The notes under the pieces: model-generated
What the model was told of the DNA's origin: nothing
Database searches by the model: none
Seen by the model: the letters and a program-made list of their open reading frames with translations, nothing else
Origin: an uncultured Thermococci archaeon
Lineage (GTDB): Archaea; Methanobacteriota_B; Thermococci; Thermococcales; Thermococcaceae
Length of the DNA stretch: 31,713 nucleotides
Assembly: GCA_964487115.1 (NCBI GenBank)
Contig: CAZAPD010000044.1
Coordinates: forward strand, 1 to 31,713
Direction: 5' to 3'
Position numbers and translations under genes: made by a program
Shown here: positions 24,965-31,713 of the stretch, one piece after another
How the letters are laid out: every line of letters starts with the position of its first letter
Position numbering within the stretch: the first letter of the stretch is position 1

Positions 24965-26248
24965 ATGATGAGGATACACATCGAAACTTATGGATGCACA
25001 AGAAACAAGGCAGATGCTGAAATTATGGAAGCCATTCTGATTAGGGCTGGATATGAAATCAGCGAGCTGGATAGTGCTGATTACGTCATTGTGAACACCT
25101 GCGCTGTTAAGGATCCCACGGAAAAACACATGCGCATTAGAATTAAAGAGCTCCTAAATTCTGGTAAAAAGGTTATTGTCACTGGCTGTTTGCCTCATAT
25201 AAACCCAAGCGTCATAGATGAACGTGTCTCTGCGATTTTAGGAGTTAAGAGTATCGACAGAATATCCGAGGCTGTAAAAGCAGCTGAAGCCGGTGAAAAA
25301 TTCATCAGTGTTGAGGGCTGGAAAGAAAAAAGCTTGGACAAGCTTGAGCTCCCGAGGATCTGGAAAAGCAGTGTCGTGTTTGTCGTTCCCATAAGCGAAG
25401 GCTGTCTGAATGCCTGCACCTACTGTGCAACACGCTTTGCCAGAGGTATTTTGAAGAGCTACAGGCCAGAGCTCGTTGTAAAGTGGGTAAAAGAAGCCGT
25501 TGGGAGAGGTTACAAGGAGATACAGCTTTCAAGTGAAGACACCGGCTGCTATGGCTTTGATATCGGAACTAATCTGGCCAAGCTTCTGGAGGAGGTAGCG
25601 GCTATAGAAGGAGAATTTAGAGTCAGGGTTGGTATGATGAATCCGAATCATGTGATAAAATTCCTCGATGAGCTAATTGAAGTTTATCAAAATGAAAAAA
25701 TCTACAAATTCCTCCACCTTCCTGTTCAGAGCGGGGATGATGGGATTCTGAGGAGAATGGGGAGGACATATACAGTTGAGGAGTTTGAGGAGATAGTTGG
25801 GGCTTTCAGAAAGAAAATTCATGAGCTGAACCTCAATACAGACATTATCGTAGGTTTTCCGGGTGAGAGTGAGGAGGCGTTTCAGAATACAGTTAATCTT
25901 GTGAAAAGAGTCAGGCCGGATAAGATAAACGTATCCCGCTATTCTCCGAGACCCGGCACCATGGCGGCAAAATGGAAACAGCTTCCGGGCTGGAAGATAA
26001 AGGAGCGTTCAAGGTATCTTCACAGGCTGCGGCTCCAGATAGCACACGAGATTAACCTTAGATATGTTGGAAGGGAAGTTGAGGTTTTAACTCATGGGCC
26101 AGGCAAAAAGGGAGGAGTTGAAGGGAGGACAATGAACTACAAAGAGATAATACTTCCAGATGCTCCGGTAGGGGAGTTCGTGAGGGCAAAGGTAGAAAAG
26201 ACAAGCACAACATATTTGCTTGGGGAGATCATAGAGTTTTCTGAGTAG
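24965..26248 (+). CDS. mtaB: tRNA t6A37 C2-methylthiotransferase (archaeal e-MtaB/CDKAL1-type radical SAM)
   Basis: UPF0004 domain (ETYGC..N, VNTCAVK, VTGC), CLNACTYC radical SAM motif and C-terminal TRAM. TATA-like TTTTTAAA at 24938-24945 suggests a leaderless start at 24965/24968. Confidence 0.9.
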   Translation: MMRIHIETYGCTRNKADAEIMEAILIRAGYEISELDSADYVIVNTCAVKDPTEKHMRIRIKELLNSGKKVIVTGCLPHINPSVIDERVSAILGVKSIDRISEAVKAAEAGEKFISVEGWKEKSLDKLELPRIWKSSVVFVVPISEGCLNACTYCATRFARGILKSYRPELVVKWVKEAVGRGYKEIQLSSEDTGCYGFDIGTNLAKLLEEVAAIEGEFRVRVGMMNPNHVIKFLDELIEVYQNEKIYKFLHLPVQSGDDGILRRMGRTYTVEEFEEIVGAFRKKIHELNLNTDIIVGFPGESEEAFQNTVNLVKRVRPDKINVSRYSPRPGTMAAKWKQLPGWKIKERSRYLHRLRLQIAHEINLRYVGREVEVLTHGPGKKGGVEGRTMNYKEIILPDAPVGEFVRAKVEKTSTTYLLGEIIEFSE

Positions 26249-26276
26249 TTAAACCAGCAACAGGTAAAAACGACTG

Positions 26277-26292
26277 AAAATAAAAATAAAAA
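26277..26292 (-). terminator. T-rich terminator downstream of cupin gene
   Basis: TTTTTATTTTTATTTT on the minus strand, in a convergent intergenic region. Confidence 0.5.
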
Positions 26293-26343
26293 CTCAAGAG
26301 GATTGGAGCTGGATCATTCACCTTTCTGACTTCAATGAACTAT

Positions 26344-26706
26344 CTACGAAACCTCCCATTCATCCTTGGGTATTGCCTCTCTCTTTGCTGGAATTATGCA
26401 GAGAAATTCAAAGATATCGCTCAGGGCTTTGTAGCTATGTGGTTCGTTAGGTGGTACATAGAGGAAGTTGCCCTCCTTTACATGGAATTCCTCGTTTCCA
26501 TTACCAATTATTCCCTCTCCTTTTAAGATGAATATCTCATGTTCCCACTCGTGTTGATGGAGTGGAATCTCAGCTCCTTTTTTGAGTACGAAGTAGCGCA
26601 TGGAGAAGTTTTTTGCTCCGAGTTTAGGAGAAATCAACCATCTGATGGTTACACCCTCGAAACCAGTATCTTTCTCGGGGACTTCTTTGTAGTGTCTAAC
26701 AAACAT
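26344..26706 (-). CDS. Cupin domain protein
   Basis: PLHQHEWEHE and GNFLYVPPNEPHSY cupin motifs 1 and 2. Confidence 0.92.
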   Translation of the reverse strand: MFVRHYKEVPEKDTGFEGVTIRWLISPKLGAKNFSMRYFVLKKGAEIPLHQHEWEHEIFILKGEGIIGNGNEEFHVKEGNFLYVPPNEPHSYKALSDIFEFLCIIPAKREAIPKDEWEVS

Positions 26707-26797
26707 ATAGTATCACCAAAGGAATCTCCATGTTTCAATATTTAAACCTAATCAAAAGGGATTTAAAGAAAAAACCAGAAGCTTTTTAGGTGAGTGC

Positions 26798-28522
26798 ATG
26801 AAGAAGTTGATAATCCTTTTCTTAATTGGGATGATTGTTCTATCAGCTGGATGCATTAACAGTAAAACAGCTTCAACTACTTCCTCTACGAATGCCATCA
26901 CCACGAGTACTGCTACGGGCACTATAACAACTTCTACAACTTCAACCCCAACTTCCTCTTCCCCAATAAAGACTCCAGGGTCTGCAACTACTACAAATAC
27001 AATTTCGATGGAGATAGACTTCAAGGAATACAAACGTGGTGAGCTCCTCCAGAAATGGAGTCAGCTATTTAACTCAAAGGTAATCTACGTTAGCAAGGGA
27101 TACGAAGACTTAGCAAGGCACTACTTCCCGAACGCAGAAATAAAATCCGCTGATAAATTCATAAGTGGTATAGCAATACTATCTCCTGCAGATGCGAGAC
27201 CGCTGCTCAGTGGTAAGCCCATAGTTATAACGTTCAACGATTACTTTGGTTATGTGGTGTATAAAGTCGGCTTTCGCTTTGTGGGAGGCGATCAGGGGGT
27301 TATGATAATCTATAAAGAGATGGGCAGAGACAGGCTGGTATTTACAGGAACGAGCAAGGCAGGAGTAGGGGCCGCGCTTGAGTATGCTATGGAGATCAAA
27401 AATGGCAGTAGAAAAGTAAATTCTGTTTATGCACTCAGGAGAGGAGAGTTTGAAGGAATCATCGTAAAGGAAATAGGGGACAACAACTGGAATGGCATCA
27501 AAGATAAAGGGGAATACTGGCTTCTTAGAGAGATATATTTTAAGGAGCCCTTCCTCTACTACTGGCGCATGATTGATGGGGAGAATGTGACTGTCAGGGG
27601 AGGTTTCATTCGGTTTGTGAACGGCTCCACTGTTCATATATATGCTAAAAGCTTCAACATAAGTGTAAATATCCAGAATTACAAAGGAGCCAAGATAACC
27701 TACATCATTGAGAATATCAATCCTTCTGTCATGAATATCCCCTCTGGTGCGGAGGTTGGAAAAACATGGGTTAAGATCCAGACAAACAAGCGGGGTTTTG
27801 TTGTGAATGCAAAACCTGTAAGCAACTTCACATTTTTGGCTGTTGGAGATCACAGACCCGGAAGCGGCATAAAACCACCAGAGGTTTTTTTGAAGATTAT
27901 GAATTTGATGAACAGGGACAGGGGCATTTTTGTGATTGACGGTGGTGATCTCGTCTATTCAGGGAAGGCTAACGAATGGGGAGAACTATTCAAGGTGTGG
28001 AAATGGGACAAGCCGGTCTTTGTTGCACCCGGAAACCATGAATACCAAATGGATGGAAAGAACATCTACCATCGGTATTTTGGCCCAGCCGACTATTCAT
28101 TCAGCTTTGGTGGTTATCACTTTATCTTCATGGATGACACTGAGAACGATTACTCCCTTAGCCCTTCTCAGTGGAAATGGCTTGAAAAGGAGCTCAAAAA
28201 AGCCAGGGAAATGTATGAAAGGCCGGTGATTGTCATGCATACTCCACCGCTTGACCCGAGACCAAGAGGAGATCATTCAATGAGACGTGATCAGGGACAA
28301 AAACTCCTTCAGCTCATGAAGGAATATAACGCCTTTGGAATCTTCAGTCACATCCACATCTATTGGTATGGTGAAAAGGACGGTGTACAATTCTTGATTA
28401 CAGGTGGTGGTGGGGCACCTCTGTATGCTTCACCTTCGGCAGGAGGCTTTTATCACTACGTGAGGCTCAATGCAGAAGCCAATGGAACTATCTCTGTTGA
28501 ACCTGTGAAGGTTCAGTCTTAA
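26798..28522 (+). CDS. Extracellular lipoprotein with C-terminal calcineurin-like metallophosphoesterase domain
   Basis: Lipobox LSAGC, Ser/Thr linker, and metal motifs GDHR, GGDLV, PGNHE, MHTPP, SHIH, ITGGGG. Confidence 0.88.
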   Translation: MKKLIILFLIGMIVLSAGCINSKTASTTSSTNAITTSTATGTITTSTTSTPTSSSPIKTPGSATTTNTISMEIDFKEYKRGELLQKWSQLFNSKVIYVSKGYEDLARHYFPNAEIKSADKFISGIAILSPADARPLLSGKPIVITFNDYFGYVVYKVGFRFVGGDQGVMIIYKEMGRDRLVFTGTSKAGVGAALEYAMEIKNGSRKVNSVYALRRGEFEGIIVKEIGDNNWNGIKDKGEYWLLREIYFKEPFLYYWRMIDGENVTVRGGFIRFVNGSTVHIYAKSFNISVNIQNYKGAKITYIIENINPSVMNIPSGAEVGKTWVKIQTNKRGFVVNAKPVSNFTFLAVGDHRPGSGIKPPEVFLKIMNLMNRDRGIFVIDGGDLVYSGKANEWGELFKVWKWDKPVFVAPGNHEYQMDGKNIYHRYFGPADYSFSFGGYHFIFMDDTENDYSLSPSQWKWLEKELKKAREMYERPVIVMHTPPLDPRPRGDHSMRRDQGQKLLQLMKEYNAFGIFSHIHIYWYGEKDGVQFLITGGGGAPLYASPSAGGFYHYVRLNAEANGTISVEPVKVQS

Positions 28523-28534
28523 TTTTCTTTTTTT
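28523..28534 (+). terminator. Oligo-T terminator
   Basis: TTTTCTTTTTTT immediately after the stop codon. Confidence 0.6.
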
Positions 28535-28639
28535 ACCACTGGAATAGTCTATATAATCTATATAGCTTCCGTAGATAAATATATTCTATTTCGACAAGAT
28601 ATTTATATGCATCACTTAAGCTCCCTACGGTGAAGCTCG

Positions 28640-29866
28640 ATGATAACCGTTGATCCATGGCTCTTGATAACAATTATTGTCGGCATGTTTATGGCATGGA
28701 CGATAGGTGCTAACGATGCAGCAAATTCGATGAGCACTGCTGTGGGTGCTGGGGCAATAACGGCAAAACAGGCTGTCATTATAGCTGGAATTTTAGAATT
28801 TACAGGTGCTTATCTTTTTGGTAAGAGCGTTACTGAAACAGTCAGAAAGGGAATAATAGATCCCTCTAAAATCACGGACCCAAATGTTTTGATTTACGGT
28901 TCTGTTGCTGCACTTCTGGCAGCATCCTTATGGCTTCTCTTAGCTACGAAATATGGACTTCCTGTTTCAACGACTCATTCAATAATTGGAGGAATTGCTG
29001 GCTATGGAATAGTTTATGCTGGAGTGAGCATAGTTAACTGGAGCAAAATGACTCAAGTTGTTCTCAGTTGGATACTGTCTCCTATTTTTGGTGCTATCGT
29101 TGCATTTCTTGTATTTAAGGCAATAAGCAGGAGTATATTTCAAAGGAGAAACCCCATTAAGAGCGCTAAGTTCTGGGCACCTGTATGGATTGGGATGGCG
29201 TTTATCGTAATAGGGACGATGTTCTATCTCAAAGTCCTTCATGGAAAATCTCTTCTTCATGGAGTAACGGTCTATGGTACTGTTATTGGTTTTATGGCTT
29301 TTTTAACGAGCTTTTTTATAATCCGTAAAAGAATTTTTGCCGCCTCCTCTGATCCTTATCTTGGTGTTGAAGCCATTTTTAGAAGAGTTCAAGTTTTGAC
29401 ATCAGGATATGTTGCTCTCTCTCACGGAGCTAATGATGTTGCTAATGCCATAGGACCTGTTGCCGCTGTTTATGCTGTTGCCAGTATGGGCATAGCTGGA
29501 ATGCAAGTTCCTGTGCCGAGATGGATTCTGGCAATGGGAGGTCTTGGTATTGCAATAGGTGTTGCTACCTACGGATACAGGGTTATGGAAACAGTTGGAA
29601 AGAGAATCACAGAACTAACGAATACAAGAGGTTTTAGCATAGACTTTTCAGCTGCCACAGTTGTGCTTGTTGCTTCTTCCTTAGGAATGCCTATTTCAAC
29701 GACCCATACAGTTGTTGGAGCTGTTGTTGGGGTTGGCTTAGCCAGAGGAGTAAAGGCAATAAACAAGGACATCCTTAAAGATATAGTGATATCATGGTTT
29801 GTCACCGTGCCAGTGGCGGCGGTGATATCTGGAATTATATTTAAGATTTTAATGTTTGTGGGGTGA
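28640..29866 (+). CDS. pit: PiT-family inorganic phosphate transporter
   Basis: Two signature repeats (GANDAAN and HGANDVAN) plus PVSTTHS and PISTTHT. Confidence 0.95.
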   Translation: MITVDPWLLITIIVGMFMAWTIGANDAANSMSTAVGAGAITAKQAVIIAGILEFTGAYLFGKSVTETVRKGIIDPSKITDPNVLIYGSVAALLAASLWLLLATKYGLPVSTTHSIIGGIAGYGIVYAGVSIVNWSKMTQVVLSWILSPIFGAIVAFLVFKAISRSIFQRRNPIKSAKFWAPVWIGMAFIVIGTMFYLKVLHGKSLLHGVTVYGTVIGFMAFLTSFFIIRKRIFAASSDPYLGVEAIFRRVQVLTSGYVALSHGANDVANAIGPVAAVYAVASMGIAGMQVPVPRWILAMGGLGIAIGVATYGYRVMETVGKRITELTNTRGFSIDFSAATVVLVASSLGMPISTTHTVVGAVVGVGLARGVKAINKDILKDIVISWFVTVPVAAVISGIIFKILMFVG

Positions 29867-29870
29867 TAAT

Positions 29871-30545
29871 ATGCAGGTATGGACTAAGCTCTTTGCTAAG
29901 AGCCCATTTAAACCACTTATAAAGCACGCTGAGGTTGTCATTCAGACAGTTGAAACTCTTGAAAAGGCCATAGATTATTGGGAGGCAGGTGATTACGAAA
30001 CTGCCAGAAAATATGCCATAGAAGTAGATCAGCTGGAGGACATAGCTGACAGGATAAAGGAGGAGATTAGAGATAGTTTAAGCTCCAAGCTGTTTATGCC
30101 CGTGAACCGAGGAGACATCCTGATATACCTTCACATGCAGGATAAAGTTGCAGATGCTGCTGAGGATACAGCGAAATGGCTCCTCGTGATGGAGCCCAAT
30201 ACAGTTTCCGGTGAGATAAAGACCACTCTGAAAGAGATGGCAGAGGAAAGTATAAGAGTTGCAAAACTGGTCTATAAGGCGATTGTCCAGATGGATACTG
30301 TAATAGAGAGCGGATTCAGTGAGAGAGAAATTGAGAATGAGTACAAGCTGATAAAAGAAATTGAGAGCGTTGAAAATAAAATTGATGAATTGGATACCAA
30401 GCTGATGAGACTGGTCTTCCAGAATGCTAAGGAGATGAACTGGGGGGTTGGGATATACATACTCAACATAGCCAGAACCTTATCAAATATCTCAGATAAA
30501 GCCAAGGACGCTGCAGAAAGAATAAGGTTAATGATGAACAAATGA
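29871..30545 (+). CDS. PhoU-like phosphate transport regulator (DUF47/TIGR00153)
   Basis: FAKSPFKPLIKH, E..AD.IK.EIR and QDKVADAAED. Directly downstream of pit, GGGGTGA RBS. Confidence 0.9.
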   Translation: MQVWTKLFAKSPFKPLIKHAEVVIQTVETLEKAIDYWEAGDYETARKYAIEVDQLEDIADRIKEEIRDSLSSKLFMPVNRGDILIYLHMQDKVADAAEDTAKWLLVMEPNTVSGEIKTTLKEMAEESIRVAKLVYKAIVQMDTVIESGFSEREIENEYKLIKEIESVENKIDELDTKLMRLVFQNAKEMNWGVGIYILNIARTLSNISDKAKDAAERIRLMMNK

Positions 30546-30563
30546 CAAAGTGGAGAAAGAGGC

Positions 30564-30791
30564 TCAGATAGCTATCATTGTGGATGTCATCTGTATCTCC
30601 GTCATTTTTCTTATCTTTTCTGTGATGAACTGATCAAGCTCCTTGAGCGTCTCAGTTTCAACCTTAACTATGAGATCATATTCTCCGTAAACTACATATG
30701 CCTCTTTAACCTCCGGCATGGCAAGAAGTTTCTCCATAACCTCTCTTTCCTTTCCAGCGGCTGTAACCATCAAAATAAAAGCTGTCACCAT
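30564..30791 (-). CDS. Stand-alone Lrp/AsnC ligand-binding (RAM) domain protein, DM1-like demi-FFRP
   Basis: MVTAFILM...EAYVVYGEYDLIVKVE...TSTMIAI. No HTH; near-identical to my recollection of Pyrococcus DM1. Confidence 0.9.
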   Translation of the reverse strand: MVTAFILMVTAAGKEREVMEKLLAMPEVKEAYVVYGEYDLIVKVETETLKELDQFITEKIRKMTEIQMTSTMIAI

Positions 30792-30846
30792 TTCCGACCA
30801 CCAAAAATATTTTATTCCTTTGGGTATTTAAGCTTATCGAAAGGCC

Positions 30847-31494
30847 ATGTTCGAGCATTTATTTCCCGGAGAAAGGCTCCAGAGGTTTTATAAATTTCTG
30901 GGGGAGAAGGGGATTGAAAATCCCTTCCCCTTCTCAAAGGGAACGACGAGTCTGATATTCAGGGGAAAAATGCGTGAAAGGGATGTCATAATAAAGCTCA
31001 CCCGTCCTGATTCTTCCAGGCATAACTTTGCTAAGGAAGCTGAAATCCTCAGAGTATTATTGGGGAAAGATATAACACCTCCACTTATTGAATATGGAAT
31101 TTTCGAGGGGCTGGAATACCTCATCCGGGAGTTCGCCCCTGGTGAACCCGTACTTTATGCAGATATCGAGAAATGGCATCTCATTGAGATAGTAAAGAAA
31201 ACAGCCCTTCTGGATGTTATGGGCATTGATCACGGACAGATTCAGGGGGGTAAGCACATAATACTCGGAAAAGATGTGTGGATAATAGACTTTGAGAAAG
31301 CTGGCTTTAGAAAGCCTAAGAACCTGACATCGGCGGTGGCAATGCTCTTTTTAAACGACGGCTTAATTTCGAGGAGGATAAGGGAAAAATTCGACCTTGA
31401 TGTTAATTTTCTGCATCTAATTAGAACGGCCGTTGGAGAATATAAAAGAGATAAAAATGTAAAACGGATTCTCTCACTTCTTTCCAGCCTTTAG
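30847..31494 (+). CDS. Archaeal Ser/Thr protein kinase-like protein
   Basis: KGTTSLIF P-loop, IIK lysine, KEAEIL helix C, GIDHGQI catalytic-loop variant and IIDFEKA. Confidence 0.82.
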   Translation: MFEHLFPGERLQRFYKFLGEKGIENPFPFSKGTTSLIFRGKMRERDVIIKLTRPDSSRHNFAKEAEILRVLLGKDITPPLIEYGIFEGLEYLIREFAPGEPVLYADIEKWHLIEIVKKTALLDVMGIDHGQIQGGKHIILGKDVWIIDFEKAGFRKPKNLTSAVAMLFLNDGLISRRIREKFDLDVNFLHLIRTAVGEYKRDKNVKRILSLLSSL

Positions 31495-31713
31495 CCGGTC
31501 AAGAAAGTAGAAGATTAGAGGAATTAGAACTGCCAGCAGGATTATTCCGATTCTTGGATCAGAGAAATACCCGAACACTAAGATGACTATTATCATAATC
31601 CCTATCATCATGAAAAGGTCTTTATCAAAGAGCCTTGAGCTTGCCATTATGTTCTGTTCCCTTGAGATGTATGCAAGATAAAGAGGTATTCCCACCGCAG
31701 CTATGATAACTCC
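31474..31713 (-). CDS. Membrane protein, C-terminal part (5'-truncated by window)
   Basis: Frame open to the window edge (GVIIAAVGIPLY...), with hydrophobic helices. Confidence 0.65.
   Translation of the reverse strand, partial: GVIIAAVGIPLYLAYISREQNIMASSRLFDKDLFMMIGIMIIVILVFGYFSDPRIGIILLAVLIPLIFYFLDRLKAGKK

Noticed and set aside
26249..26343. Possible C/D-box sRNA in the mtaB-cupin gap
   Set aside because: No properly spaced RUGAUGA/CUGA boxes on either strand.
26865..27005. Repetitive ACT/TCA/ACA-rich DNA
   Set aside because: Encodes an ordinary Ser/Thr linker of a lipoprotein, not a repeat array or CRISPR.
27179..27853. 224-aa minus-strand ORF
   Set aside because: Antisense shadow of the phosphoesterase gene.

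Overview
Archaeal chromosomal segment, clearly Thermococcales (Thermococcus/Palaeococcus-like; gene content, GGAGGTG-type RBSs, TTTATAAA TATA boxes). The centre (7861-24318, minus strand) holds two complete 14-gene Mrp-Mbh membrane-bound group 4 [NiFe]-hydrogenase operons (mbhA-N) in tandem. One is a canonical Pyrococcus-type copy (16179-24318). The other is a strongly diverged second copy (7861-15910) with its own promoter, two long SurR motifs, and non-conservative changes at ion-translocation residues (MbhH TM8 Lys->Tyr; MbhG Asp/His->Glu/Asn). Left flank: 3' end of a type IIG-like restriction-modification gene, an unknown His/Asp-motif protein, trxB, a membrane metal-dependent hydrolase, an AAA+ ATPase, a THUMP protein, a membrane-anchored nitroreductase coupled to a 58-aa two-helix membrane ORF missing from the ORF track, and two ferritin-like paralogs. 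Right flank: TRAM protein, MtaB-type tRNA methylthiotransferase, cupin, lipoprotein metallophosphoesterase, PiT phosphate transporter, PhoU-like DUF47, stand-alone Lrp/AsnC domain, Ser/Thr kinase and a truncated membrane protein. No tRNA, rRNA, CRISPR or transposase was recognised. All family assignments come from motif recognition by eye, without database searches. Several starts were moved from the ORF track on RBS or stop/start-overlap evidence.
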